64,000 bases of DNA, from assembly GCF_021028975.2 (NCBI RefSeq), contig NC_059429.1, positions 78,616,001 to 78,680,000 on the forward strand, in the 5' to 3' direction. The notes beneath the pieces are model-generated. The model was given only the letters and a program-made list of their open reading frames with translations, was not told where the DNA came from and searched no databases. The stretch comes from Sphaerodactylus townsendi (lineage: Eukaryota). Below are positions 25,036 through 38,731 of this stretch, in pieces. Position 1 is the first letter of the stretch. Each line of letters opens with the position of its first letter. Both the position numbers and the translations under genes were made by a program.

Positions 25036-27270
25036 GCAGGGAGAATCTCATTTTCATTCCCCCTGGCAGCCTGTCCCCAGAGAAACCTGAGGACTTGGAC
25101 ACTGCATGTTGCCAGGCTGGGCCCAGTTGTGCATTGCTGGCTGAGCGTGGCCTGTCTGTAATGTGGAAACTACAAGGGCCCTGCAGGAAACACTTCACTT
25201 TCCTCTGCATACCCTCCCCTCAACTATTTCCTTTTTCTCTTCTTCTGGCAGCTCCCATACCCTCAACTTTCCCTGCTTCATTCTCTTCCTGTCATCCACC
25301 CACCAACTTACCTTTTACCTGCCTCCCATCTTCACCTATACTACTTCATTTATATCCTGACTTTCTCCACAATGGGGAATGGAACATCTTACATCATTCT
25401 TCTCTTCTCGTGACAATCTTGTAAGGCTGAGAATGAGTGACTAGCTCAAAGTCACCCAGTTAACTCTCATGGGAGTCAGAATTTGAACGCAAATCTCCCT
25501 GAACTTAATAAGAAACTCGAACGGATTCATAGTAAAGGCCAAAAAGCCTTGGATAAGGCCATGTTCTCCACATTTCACTGACAAAAGCCAAGGTTTGAAG
25601 GCTAGCAATACTGTTGTGGTTGCCTAGCAATAACCAATGGGGGCATTTTTTTCTTAAAGCTACAAGCACTGCATCTATTTTAGAGTGTTTTAACCCCTCC
25701 CCCAATCCTCTCTAATTTCAAATTTTCCTGCAGATTTAGGGCTTTTTCAGGTTTGTAGGAAGATCTGTCTTTAGGCATCCACAGATGGGGCTATGCTGAG
25801 AATTACTTATTGTGAAACCTACATTGAAATAAAAGGAGAAAAAATAATTCATATACCTTCTATAGCCACACTTCACAATTTCCTGCATGCTTCCGTATTA
25901 AATTGAGTTTGCAAAACTAATTCTATCTCTAATCTCCCAGCAAGAATCACACACATGAAAAAAGGAAGGAGTCCTGTAATTCACTAAATATAGGGCAAGG
26001 GGGACAAAATAAAGCAGATTTATTCAAACATATATAGCTGGAATGCCCCAGAAGCCAGGTCAGGGCTCCAGCATATTTGTTTCTGATTTAAAGACATGTA
26101 ATTGATGACAGTTCTTGGTCTGTGATAAAAAGATACAAAATTGAAAAAAGAAATCGACAGTCTTTTCAGAACGAACTGGTATTGTAAATACAATGGATTA
26201 AAAGAAAATAAATTAGGCCTCTATCCTGAAATCATCTGTAAACTTGTATCTTTCAAGCATTTTCAGCATTGTAAATGTACAAGTTAAACATACAACTTCT
26301 ACTGTAGGAGATTAGTTCCTACAATTAAATTTTAGGGAGAGAGAACCAAACCATTAAAAGTGACACAGAAAGCAAACATGAGTCTTTAAAGTTTGTACAC
26401 TGTCCCAGATATACAAGTTATAATCTTTAAATGTGACTCAAAATATTTTAACATCTATTATGTAACAGCACATGTCCCCATTTTTCCCCAACACACAACA
26501 ACTGTGGCTATGTTTGAATCAGCAACTCTTAATGGCTACCTTAACTCCACAGAATGTGCAGCTTCTCTTCTTAACCATTTGTAATAGGCGCTGACAGCTA
26601 TTTCAAGGGGCACACAAATATATCATCTAACAGCGTATTTGTTGTTTTCTTGTACTTCAGAACTCTTTTTTTATGGATAAATGGCACATTTGCCCATCTC
26701 TAAACTGTGCAAAAAGTTTTCATGCTGTCACTAGCTCATATACCACATCTAGTCACTAATTTCAGGACAGTTTGAGCTCCAAGCCTCAAAAGTGCATTCG
26801 TTAAAGAGTTGTTAACAAAAGTAACTCTACATTTTCCTTTGCTCCTCACATTATGTTGTTTGACTGAAAGCAATTCTTTTTGATACACCAGGAACATTAA
26901 CCCTTCCACACCGTGCCAGAATCTGGAAAAGCCTTATCCATTTCTATTTGACACAATTACCTTATGTATTTTGATTAGCAACACAAATGTGACATTTTCC
27001 TTATGCACATTATAATATTGATTTTAATAATCTGCACTGAAACAATCTTTGCTGACAATGTTTGAGCACTACAAGAAGAATACAGGAGAGCTACTGTTAG
27101 AAAAGCCACTCTCTTGGTCTCAAACAAAGCTTGGTCACAGGGGAATTTCCTCTTGACATATGTGCAGAATGCTCTGTAAGTTTCTCTAAGAAATTTTGTC
27201 TTCTGATGCAAAAGACATATGTCCTTTTTAGCATTTTTGTTCAAACAGCGTCCATCTGAGGTGCTGGTAG

Positions 27271-27353
27271 TCATTTTATGAAGAGAACATAAAAAGCCAT
27301 GACAATGCAGGATATTGCCACTGCTGCATGGAGTCTGGTTCCAATCACTGCCG
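27271..27353 (-). CDS. TMEM167B: TMEM167B (kish-B) exon 3 with stop
   Basis: TTTACAG acceptor; [30 protein letters not shown]; probable polyA signal (- strand) at 26019-26024. Confidence 0.95.
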
Positions 27354-28537
27354 CTGTAAAACCAAAAGATATTACTTGTAACAGATGACACAGAACACAT
27401 ATTCATTGACACCATTTTTGTGACTAACAGGTAAAACACTGTACTTACTGTTTTACTGTAATAAATACACGACTCAAACTACAAACAAACAGGCAGTTCT
27501 AAGTGTGCATCAAACACATACCATGCCTACAGTTGTAGACTTAAAAATATAAATTCTATCTAAAATTTGACAAAACCATCATTGTACTAACAGGAGAAAA
27601 AAACAGGAAGTGTTATTGCAGTTTGATCAAGATATCTGTTCTGAATATTCAGAGAATCAGCACAAGAACCAAAAGTTAATATGCACTTACTTTGCTGTAT
27701 TTTAGAAAGCCCAGGGGTGAGGATTTCCTCTACCAAGAAGCTGGTTAACTAAACAGGACCCAAATCTCACCAATCGCTATTACCATAGCTTATAGCAGCA
27801 ATTGGTGATAGATTTTGCCTTACAAAGGCACTGGCTCTCTAGGTCTGAACATAGTTCTGTAATGGAATGCATTTGAGATGCCAAGAACATCAGTGGATAT
27901 CCCCTAAAGTGCTTGATACAGTCTTATATCTTACTTCTACAGTGAAGCATACGGAAATTAGAGAGTTAACATTCAAAAGCAAGAACCAGTACAAGAATTC
28001 TTGCATTTGTTTTTTTGTTTTCCTCCTAACACTAGTAATTAGTTACCAGATCCCAAACAATACACCAAAAAGCTTTTATGTCTGAAGTTCAGCAAACAAA
28101 GCAGAGTTAAGTACGCTGGCAGACTCAGACCCACAGTAAAGCTTTAAAGAAGGTTTATTTGAAAATCCAGAGGAAAGATTAAGGGCTTATTTACACACTC
28201 TGTAAGTCACTCCAGGTTCTAATTTATTTTCACCTTCCAGAAATGGGACACTACAGAGAAATTAGTTCCTTAATAGTTTGTAGGAAGAAATGTCACAACT
28301 TAGTTTTCACAATGGTGTAAGTAAAAACATCTCTAACACTACAATCATTCTCTTAGGCTTGCATCAGGTTCAGAAATAACTACACTGCTTTCAGGCAGAG
28401 CAGTATGATCGTATGGAAAATTAGGCACCCCCGCCCCAAACAATTAAATTAAAGATCTCTGGTGCACTTAAACTGGTTGAAACGATATAACCCAAAGTCA
28501 CACTGGGAAAATATAGTAGACTAATTCACCTCTCTCA

Positions 28538-28688
28538 GGCCCCTTCCACACCTGCAGAATAATGCACTTTCAATCCTCTTTCACAATTGTTTACAAGTGG
28601 ATTTTCCTTTCCGCACAGTAAAATCCAGCTGAGAAGTGCACTGAAAGTGAATTGAAAGTGTATTATTCTGCCATGTGCGGAAGGGGCC
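28538..28688. mobile_element. PIF/Harbinger-type MITE
   Basis: TIR GGCCCCTTCC(A/G)CAC / GTGCGGAAGGGGCC; 3-bp TSD TCA. Confidence 0.8.
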
Positions 28689-28912
28689 TCAGTTCTCCAA
28701 AGCTTTAACATCATTTCACACGCCACAACGTTCTCTCCTCTACTGCATTTCTAGGTAGGAATGCTCTGACACCTGTGAAAGTTTCCAGCTAAGCCTCCCG
28801 TTGTTGTAAATGCTCCCCGTCCTCCGTGGAAGCCCCTGAACCTCATTGTTTCCGGGCATTTTTTAAAGACCTCTGAGGGCCGTTTGCCCCTGCTTGAGTG
28901 CAAGATTCGTAC

Positions 28913-29044
28913 CTTTGTAAAATACCCCCCAGACCCCTCTCTTCTCCGACAACAGCCAGGCTTTCAGCCGAGGGACTTTCCGGAAGTAGGCGCAGGTGCA
29001 GACGAAAAGCAGCCCGAACACCAAGAGCCCGTCCAAAGAATACA
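28913..29044 (-). CDS. TMEM167B: TMEM167B exon 2
   Basis: [44 protein letters not shown]; TTGCAG acceptor and GTACGA donor. Confidence 0.95.
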
Positions 29045-29251
29045 CTGCAAGGAAGGCGAAGAAAGAGAGTCACTGCGGTGCCATATCCCCCCTACCAGTT
29101 TCGCCACCCACCTGGGGCACTGGGTGGGCCCTCCGGAGGAGCCAGTCCATGGAAGAGCAACAGGGAGGGGGTATTTAATGGGGCTGCAGAGACCTCTGCT
29201 ACAAACGCAAAGGTCCCGCCGGGAAACCAAGCCAGCCTACGCCCAGCTCAC

Positions 29252-29261
29252 CGTTGGCCAT
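29252..29261 (-). CDS. TMEM167B: TMEM167B exon 1 (ATGGCCAACG); total CDS 225 nt, 74 aa
   Basis: ATG GCC AAC G followed by a GTGAG donor within a CpG island; joins exon 2 in frame (MANVYSLDG). Confidence 0.9.
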
Positions 29262-29519
29262 CCCGGCAACCCGCGAGGCGCAGCCTAAGCCCCCTCACCG
29301 CATCGCCCAGAATAAACCCACGGCCAGCGCGGCACCGGAACAACTAGACAGTGCCAATCCATTTCCGACTGACCTACTCTCTATGGTGGCTTGTTTCCTA
29401 GGGAAGCGGCATGATTGTTTCAGGCAGCGCCAGCAGAACACAGATAATGCTCAATCTGATGTTTCTATAGACCGCGGAGATTTTTTAAAAAGCCTCCTAA
29501 AGTGGCCACAATGAGGAAA

Positions 29520-29960
29520 AATGAAATTGCTCCAGACTTTCTATTCCTTGGCTCCATTATCAACCAAAAGGGAGGCTGCTGACAAGAAATCAGAAGGCGA
29601 TTGAGACTAGAAAGGGCAGCTATGAAGGAGCTGGAAAAGATTATTCAGCCTAAGGATGTGTCACTGGTGGCCAAAATGAAGTTGATTCATTCCATTGTGT
29701 TCTCCATTACTATTTATGGTTGTGAAAGTTTAACAATTAAAAAAGCAGGTTCATTTAAAATGTGGTACTGGAGGAGTTTTATGGATAACGTGGGTCCTAG
29801 ATCAACTGAAGCCTGAACGTTCCCTAGAAGGTAAAATTCCTAAACAGAGACCATGGTACGTTTTGAGAAGATGAGTCACTGGAAAAGATAATAATGCTAG
29901 GAAAGGTTGGAGGCAGCAGAAAAAGAGAACGACCCAATATGAGAAGCCACAGCACTCAGT
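29520..29960 (+). mobile_element. RTE-clade (BovB-like) LINE 3' fragment
   Basis: Decayed frame ...FLGSII..EIRRRLRLERAAMKELEKII..KDVSL..K.KLIHSIVFSITIYGCES, typical of the RTE C-terminal region. Confidence 0.65.
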
Positions 29961-32601
29961 TACATTTGTTAATTTTAGATAATTTAATGGATCATGGCTA
30001 TATGATTTTTATTTTATCTTTTGCAGTGTGTTTTTAAGCTCTTCCATCTCAGGGTCAGCCCCTGTGAATCTAGGAGTTACTTTTCAACATTGGTCTGGTC
30101 TGGGGTGGACAGAGGACAGACCCATAAATAAATGTGTTGTTTGGCCCATGATAGCATGTCAAAGGCAAGCTAAACTGGGATGGAATGCTTCCTCCTATCT
30201 GTGAAGAAAAGGGCACCCAGCAATCCCACCCTTAGCATAGGAGTTAATGTTCAACAGAGTTGCCAACTCATGTTGGGTAATGCCTGGAGATGTAAGGATG
30301 GAACTTGGGGAGAGTGTGATTTGGGAAGGGGAAGGCCTTCAGGGGGGTATAATGCCATACTGTCTATCCTCCAAAGCAGCCATTTCCTGCAGGGGATCTG
30401 ATCTTTGTTGTATAGAGATCAGTTGCAATTCTGGGAAATCTACAGGCCCCACCTGGAGGTTTGACGGCCCTAAGGAAGAAGCACAAATAAAGTGAGTAAC
30501 AGATGAAGTATCAACAAGCACCACTTTCCATTACTGCCACTCAGTGAAAGCTGTCGCCTTCCAATCATTTGCCATTACCTAGAAAAATGAAAAATAGAGG
30601 TGAAAAATGGAGGAATGCTGATTACTGATTGACAGCTGGGCAGATTGGAGGTGTCACCTAGTGGAGGAACAGCAAATCACTATAGAAGACATTAAAACAA
30701 GATAAAACCTAGTAGATTTATAGCTTGATTCTAAGATGTAATTCCATAATTTCAGAGGATCACTTGCAAGGCTGCAGTCTTTTGTACTTTTGTATGCAGA
30801 TCCTGCAGAACTTCTAGTTAAGCATGCATAAGATCAGTTTGTCGATTGTTTGCATGCATAATGTTGCTATTTTGCATTACAGTCCTATCCTGTGCCTACC
30901 ACTGCATCACAAACAAAGCAACTTTCAAATGACTGGTAGCTGAGTACACCAGCTTACCTCTCACCACTTGTAGTCTACCTTTTATTTTCCAAATTATTCA
31001 ACTTTCTGTTAGTTCTGTATACCGTACTTAGAAAATATGCCTTAGGTTGGCTCACTGTGGCTTTCTGCCTGACTTGATACTTAATGGGCAATTTTTCCTC
31101 CCACACATACTGGTAGCTTTAAACATATACCACAAGCCACATGTAATGATTTACCCTTAAAGGCAAAAATATTATTTCCAGTTGTAATGATATATGAATT
31201 CTAGGATGCTAGGCATCAGAAGAGTTCAAATGCTTCCAACAAAAGTTTTCTTGAAAAGTCACACAGGAAAAGCCACATATGCATTTTGGATTAGGCCAGT
31301 GGTACTCACTCTAGAGCTTACAGAGTGCCACATTTACACTTATCAGTCAAAAGAGCCACATGACAACCATGTGCCCTGTGCAACACTCTGCAACACCCAC
31401 ACATGCAATAATTTAACATACAATAATATACCTCTGGAAATACTGGATAGTCTCTCTCCACCACTTTTGAATTTGTGCACCCTTTACTTTGCTCTTGGCC
31501 TTCTCAGCTTTTCCCCACCATGAGATACAGCAGTTCCAGGAAGAGAGTGAGATTGCCAGAGAAAAACAAGATGGCTATGGAGAAAGGAGAGCCAAGCCAA
31601 CCCACCCTCCATCCCGCTATAGCCCACTTGCGCTCCTTCTGGCAGCTGCCCTGGTGCTGGGGTGAGCATATACAGCAAGGAAGGACAAGAGTTCTAGGAG
31701 AGTATGTGCCCTTCAATCCCTGGTACTAGGCCCATACTTTAGGGGGATTCATAGTTTATCCAACCTCCAGTGGTGGTTGTTTCAACGCGGGAACCACCTG
31801 TTAACCGCAAGCCCTACTGGACAATGGCTTTGCCCACTCTCCTGGAGCATGGTGTGAGTGCTACACTGAGGAACAGTCCTCAAAAGAGCCACAGATGACA
31901 TGTTAAACAGTCACATGTAGCTACTGACTATCACTGGACTATCACTCTTTTAGCATAATATATGTTTTTGATCTACCAAGTTTTTCAAGGACTGTATCTC
32001 TCTCCAGGCTGGTGAAGGATACTATCAATGCTATTTTGAGAAAGAGGGTTCAGGTATTATTTATTTTCTTTTTACAATTGCTTGGTTTTTACACAAGCTG
32101 AAATTTTAATGATATAAATATGCAGTTCAAGTTGCAAATTACATGCACATTGAGGGTGGCAGCCAAAATAGTTTTAATCACAAAAAGCATACCCTCCATG
32201 CTTTGCTGAACCATGTCACCCTAAGCATAGTTTCAGAGTTCCAGACTTGGAAATGACATCCTCTGCTTAATCAGTTCAAGGTTCTTACAGGAACATGTCA
32301 CATGACACCTCCCCCCATACCCAATCACACACCCAGGGATTAGTCTAAGGCCTTTAATAGGTTTTGTGAAGAGCCTGCTAAAAGAAGCAGAATCTATTCA
32401 CAATCACATTATTGTCTCGCAAAGAAAAACACATAGTATGGCTTGGTACACAGATCTGTGGCAAAGGTACTTTCTAAAAAGAAACCAGTTCTCTGTGCAA
32501 AGCTTCTCTAGCTCACCTGATGTCCTGTAAACATTCCAGAGGCAACATTCTACCGTTATAGAGGAAAGAAAGAGAAAACAGCTTCCTTCAGACTCAGGGT
32601 C

Positions 32602-32625
32602 ATGGGGGTCTCCCAGTCAAAACGG
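32602..32625 (+). CDS. Probable first coding exon of the FAM107-like gene (MGVSQSKR)
   Basis: Strong Kozak context GTCATGG, upstream in-frame stop, perfect CGG|GTGAGT donor, and an MGxxxSK myristoylation pattern. Confidence 0.55.
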
Positions 32626-33479
32626 GTGAGTAGCTTTCTTGTTGATGGTTTGGTAAAAAGCGATCAAAGCTTGCACCCAACATGCCTCAGAAGTTGCTAT
32701 TCTGATACTGCAGTGGGGTCTCTTTGATCAGTCAGGCACATTTCCTTGCCTTTGCAGCTGGAGTAGTGAGTCTGTTAAGATCTGTTACAGTATGATTGTC
32801 TCTTGACTGAAACTTAGAGGTGCTTCTGATGGCTCTGCCACAATTAGGGAATATTCTACCCCTGGAAATTCTAGTAAGATTGACCATAATTAACTGTTCT
32901 GTGGAGTACTACAATAACTTTTTAATTTGAACTTGTTAGAATTTCATGTTAGGTAGGCTAACCTGATGGATGGAGTATCGTGGCATGAATGATGAGTGGT
33001 TTAGTCATATTTTTAGTAGAAAATGCTATCTCTAATGGAACATTCAGGATGGACCTGGCTTAACCAAATAAATTTAACTGGCCCTGTTCCAAGTACCATC
33101 AGTGTCACAGGTGTCAGTTTGGATCTTTTCAGTTTATCACTGAGCAATGAATTTATAGTTCTTGGAGGGGAACCAGGTGTCCAAGTAAGCACTTCCGATT
33201 TGGGGACATCACTAGTAAGTGTTAATGCAATTTACTGTACAAATTTTATGAAGACTTAGTGGATGGTCCCCGTGATGTCAGTGATGACAAGTAATATCAG
33301 ATTCCATTGTGCCTGTGCTATTTTGTGGAATTTGTAAGAGATATATGTAATTTGTACAAACGTCATTAAGTGCTGAGTTTTCTTTACTGGAACGGGTCAA
33401 CTAGGCTAATTTCTCCCTTAGTAGCAATTTCATTTCATTTTTGGTATAAGCTGTGTATCTATGACTCTAGCAATGAAGT

Positions 33480-33750
33480 ACACCTTTGCGGGTTTTCCAG
33501 GCTGTGTGGCCAGGGTCTGGTAGTTTTTGCTTCTAACATTTCATCTGCATCTATGACTGGCATATGCAGAGATATATCACAATAAATGTGCCATGAATAG
33601 AAGCACGTATTACAGTGACATGCCTCTGAAGATACTAGCATAGATGCAGGCAAAACCTCAGGAGCAAAAACTACCAGACCGCGGTTACACAGCCTAGAAA
33701 ATCCACAACAACCAGTTTTCCAGCTGTGAAAGCCTCCGACAAGACAAGTA
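33480..33750. mobile_element. Penelope-like element terminal remnant (inverted pair) with degenerate hammerhead-like cores
   Basis: 33490-33570 is the inverted copy of 33625-33710 (GCAAAAACTACCAGACC...CACAGCC). CTGAAGA...GGC-AAAAC-CTCAGG resembles a mutated minimal hammerhead. Confidence 0.5.
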
Positions 33751-33840
33751 CACCTTTCTTTTTTAAATGGAGAGAACAGACACCACTGGCAAGGCTATAC
33801 ATCCACAGCAAGACTAACCTCTCTCCTATACCACTACAAC

Positions 33841-34230
33841 CAGAGATGGGATCCAGCAGGTTCTCACAGGTTCCCAAGAGTAGGTTACTAATTATTTGTG
33901 TGTGCCGAGAGGGGGTTACTAATTGGTGATTTTGCCACGTCATTTTTGCCTTAATTACACCCCTCCTCTCAGCAGTAGTGTGCAGAACGTGAAGCAGTCT
34001 AGCAGGAGGTGCACCGGCGTGTGTGGCAGCCTGCGCCTGCGTGCATTCGTTTCCCGCCCAAGGATCGGCGCAGCGGCTGCGTCCTTGCCACAACCCCGCC
34101 CAGGAATGCCCCACCCCTGGAATGCCCGGCCACGCCCAATCATGCCCCGCCCAGCCCCATTGGCGCTACGCCACAGTTTGAATCCCACCACCATGGGAAC
34201 CTGTTACTAAAATTTTTGGATCCCACCACT
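33841..34230. mobile_element. hAT-type non-autonomous element
   Basis: Ends CAGAGATGGGATCCA / TGGATCCCACCACT; flanks share TACAAC; GC-rich interior. Confidence 0.6.
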
Positions 34231-36109
34231 TACAACACTCTGGCCTATGTAAAGGCTGTGGCTACTCCTACAGTAGAAATGGTGGGCATATAGCGAAGTA
34301 TTTCCTTGAGTACAAAAAAGGTAATCATACATGTGAACCAAATGCATGTGAAGACTTCTAGAGGTTCAGAAGTAACTCATGGGCCACAGTGACCTCTCTT
34401 CTGCGCAGGGCTGTTGTGGTACCAAGAATTGTCTCAGATGCCACACCTACAGGTGAAAACAGCTCTTGTAAAACAGCCTCCCGCAGGGATAAACTTGGAG
34501 ATTATACTTAATCCTGCTAGGTCTAGTCATCATTTTCACTCTTACATTGATCTAGTGAACCTATCCCCTTTACCTTCTTTTCCATGGTTGCTCAACCACA
34601 ACCTAAGCCAAGGCTTGCCAGAAAGGCTATTTTTAGCCTTCACACTACAGACTGAAGAAAGATAATGCTTGGTCTCCCCATACTTCCTTTGGTGCACAGT
34701 AAAGCAGTAATAATTAACATTCCAAATCCAATAAAAGAAGGCAAAGACTGAGTAGAAAGGAAAAAAGTATACTTTTGAACTTGCATTCACATTCTTCGCT
34801 TTCATAGACTCAGAGATGACAGCTCTAACTACTGTGAAATAGCTGTGAAATAGCATAAACAAGTTACTGACTGACTGTGAAATAGCATAGACAAGTTATT
34901 TCCCAAAGATCATCAACCGATGAAGGGAAGCAGCTTCCACTTCTCATAGGAATAAATGCTAAAACTACTGGCTGAGGGTATAAAGCTCCTCCTAGTTTAG
35001 TGTTGTACCCTAAACGACAGAGTCAGTTCATAAATGTGTCTGTTGCTTGTTTTCTACGATTTAGACCTGTGTTAGTGATGCTATGCTTTGTTCCCAAATC
35101 TATAGGAGAAAATGGCTGCAAAAATTAATGGTAACTTTGTCTGTGCTATTAAAACTGTATACAAAAGCTGGCTTCTAGCAGAGCTCATTTTGCTTAGCTC
35201 CTAGCATCTGGGTAGCAGTTCAGCATATTGATGTATAATGGCTCCTCCAACGTCTTCTTAGTGCAGGTGCGTGCATGCACACACACACACCCAGCACAAT
35301 TTGAATCTCCTAACATCTACATCATTACAATATGTTTGCACTGTTTTCTTTTGATGAGCAACAGAAGCTCATCCTGGCAGGTGATGAGATAATCAGCAGT
35401 GGATTAAAAGAGAAATCTGCTCTGAGATGGAAAACCTAATCCTGAAAAGCCATACAGAGGAACAGAGACATCCAGAATAGCCTCATCACTTTGAGATGAT
35501 CCTATGAATTACCAGAGCAGAATGCAGAACTTGGAGAATAAATTTGATGCTGGGGAATACTAAGTTTGTATAGAACTCATGGACTTTTGAGTTCCTCTGT
35601 CTATTGCCAGGTTAGTAGAAAAATTTGTCTTGCAAATGAAGCAAGATCAGTTGCCAGACTGGGATACCAAGAGCCTGAATATAGCATTATTATCTTGGCA
35701 AAAGCAAGCAGACATAGCATTTTTTTTATACTGTACTTGTTAGGTTCAGTTGGCAAACGTGTTTTTTTCCTTCTCTGATAGATAGATCATGAAAAACTGG
35801 AAGCAATATAAAGTCAAATACTCCAAAGTGTTTTCCAGATAAAGCATACCAAATATGATCATAGAGATTATCCCTGAGTCAGTATATTGCTTTAAAGGAG
35901 TATGTGAACATGTGTTTCAATACCACATTTGAGAGTATCACTATGAAAATCATACTACCTCTGCTCAGCCTTGTCCTATGAAAAAGGATGCTTACAATTC
36001 TGTAAAAAGCATTATTCATTTTGTGTTTCCTGTAGTTCTAACCTAACAAATCCATTGAATCCTGTAGAATTGATGGGAGATTATATGAATATATTAGTTC
36101 TACACCATA

Positions 36110-36385
36110 CCAGCGTGGTGTAAAGGTTAAGGTGTCAGACTAAGTTCAAATCCTCACTTGTGCAGTGGAAGTTTGCCAGTGACCTTGGGCCAGTCATACA
36201 CTGTCAGCCTTGACTCTGGGTAGTATTTGAATGAGAGACCTCCAAGGAATACTAGGATCTATGATGCAGAGACTGGCAATGCCATGCAACCTCCAAAAGT
36301 CTCTTCCCTTGAAGGCCCTACAGGTTCATCGTAAGTTAGTTGTGACTTGGCAGCAAACAACAAACAAACAAAAAACAATAAAAAC
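36110..36385 (+). mobile_element. Composite tRNA-SINE head plus 5S-SINE body
   Basis: CAGCGTGGTGTAAAGGTTAAG...GTGACCTTGGGCCAGTCA is joined to GTAGTATTTGAATGAGAGACCTCCAAGGAATAC and an (AAAC)n tail. Confidence 0.5.
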
Positions 36386-37819
36386 ATCCCACAATAACTG
36401 ACATGCCGCACCACCCTACCACCCCAATTCTGGCAATTAGAAGTTGGTGAGATACTGAGAAAGAATTGTTAAATATCTCAGGGCCTCTCAGAAATAGAAC
36501 TAGGTTAGGCCTGTAACTTAGATGGGTCTGAAGAGGTATTGCTTATCTCAAGCCGCCTCGAGCCCTCCGGGGAAGAGGCGGCCTATAAATCTAAAATATA
36601 AATAAATAAATAAAATGAATTAAGTAAAATTAAAATGTGATTACATAGAGATTATAGTCATATTTTATATTGCCTTATTTAATGAACATGATGCAGCTCT
36701 ACAATAACGATCCCAAGTATATTTATCTAATGTAATTAATTTATTTGCTGCTTTTCTACCATCACAAGGAATCCATACTGGGTTGTAACCATTGTAATAA
36801 TCCCCGTCATACAAACCAACCAAGAACAAGCTCATAGCATCATTCAGATATCTTTCAGAATCATTAAAAAAGTTTTCCTTCTCTTGGAAGGCCTGGATAG
36901 AAAGTTCTACTCACATTTTCTAGGGGACAGAGTTCCACAACATTGAGTGAGGGGCCTGACACTAAGAACTCTCTCGTCAGTTCCTGCCAATGTCACCTCA
37001 GCCAGTATATCTTAGGGAGGGCCTGATTTGTAAACCTTGAACTTATGAAAATATGTGCTCCTTCAAGTATTTTGGACTTAAGCCATGATGTAGGCCTTTA
37101 AAGATTAAAAGCAGCACATCAAAACGCATTCAGACACTTTAGTGGGGCCTGGATTCTTACTGCAATGTGCATTTGCATTTCAATGCACATCTGTTTCCAT
37201 TTTGGCTCTGAACTCAGAAGCCTACTTCTGTTCCTGTATCACCTTAAAAAAATTAAATAGAAAATATTCATTAAGAAATGAATACACGTTCCAGGAAAGT
37301 TGGTACAGCTACTTTAAATAAAAGTCCAACCAAAGGATCCATTACAACCACTAATATCAACATTCATACGAACACTGTACAGTGAAAAGAAAAGAAAAGA
37401 ATAAACAATTTCTGTGACCTAAAACAGTTTTCTCTGGCTTTACTTTCAACAAAATGGATATGGGAAGGTACCAAACAAATACTCATAAAATTCTTTAGAG
37501 ACCTGTATACTTTGTCAATTGACTGCACTCTGTTGACTGCACTTTGTCTACACTCTGTTCTAACTAAATTTACTTAGATATTTAACTAGTGCAGGTATAT
37601 CACTGGCTATTAACTTATTCTACAAGACTGTCCCAGATCATGTACGGTAATTATTAAATTCTACAGGAGCATTTGTGCCACTCTGGTTTTCAATTTCAGA
37701 AATAATGGTTGGGGGAAGAAATCACATAACAGATCTTCAGATTTTCTCCAATCTTGTGGCAGTTCATAACAGAAAAGCCAATAAATAACAAAGCACTGAG
37801 TGGTGTCTAAAACAGAGTG

Positions 37820-38696
37820 AAACAAACCCTGGTAAGATACCTTTTACAATCACCTTCTTCTTCCCAAAGAAGGCTCAATGGGTGGTCTGAGATATTGGAT
37901 ATTTTCGCATGGATACAGTTGGACCTGCAAATCTAACTCACTCCCCTCTTTTGGTAAACACACCTGTTTTCTTCTTGTTTCATCAGGGTCAAGAATCTAA
38001 TAATCTTGTCAACAATACCCGGGGGGCTACATAACAACCTTGTAATCACTGTTCTAAGGTCCAGTTGTCTAGCCTCCCTATTTGTGTACTACTGCTATGT
38101 GAAAGGTTTAGAAATTGAAATTACTGCCCAGTTTGTTTTCGTTCTCATTACATCCAAGTGGACCTCTTTGGTTCTAGAAATCTGAGATCTTCTGTTGATC
38201 TTTTTTTCCCCTCATACTTCCATTCTGCTATCAAGGATGTGACAATTCTTCCATTTGAACTTCCAGATCAGCATTTTCCCCTTGTCCATCATTTCTGATT
38301 CCTGAGAAGTCTGTGCTACATGATGCCTTTCAGTGATTTCTTGAAGTGAAATCAGGTCTCTTTGGTCTTTATGCTGTAGAACTGAATCCAAAATTTTCTC
38401 TGCAATGACACATGCCAAACTCTTTCCCTTCCAGGTTCTTCTGTATTTTTTTCCTTTGGGCAGGGTCTCATTAGTAGATTAGAGAGAATGATTTATATCA
38501 TCAGGACAAAGTGATTTATTTTCAAGTTCTTTTATCATTTTTTCTCTGGGCAGGGTGCCACTGGGAGATGGGGAGAGCTGCTAATAACATTGGGACAGGC
38601 TGATTTCTCCATAACATTGGTTTTAATGATTGCCTTTGTTGGCTGTACAGTTCTACTTCTTTTACCAATTTCTTTTACCAATTTCTTTTACCAATT

Positions 38697-38731
<35 letters not shown>

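Noticed and set aside
29300-32500. TAF13, expected upstream of TMEM167B from human synteny
   Set aside because: No TAF13-like exons (e.g. LFSKELRCMMYGFGDD) were recognised here or elsewhere in the window.
35365-35380. Alternative phase 0-1 micro-exon (KLILA) for the FAM107-like gene; a similar candidate lies at ~43634-43652
   Set aside because: Weaker splice signals (GTGATG / GTGGGG donors) than 41900-41936; cannot be excluded without RNA data.
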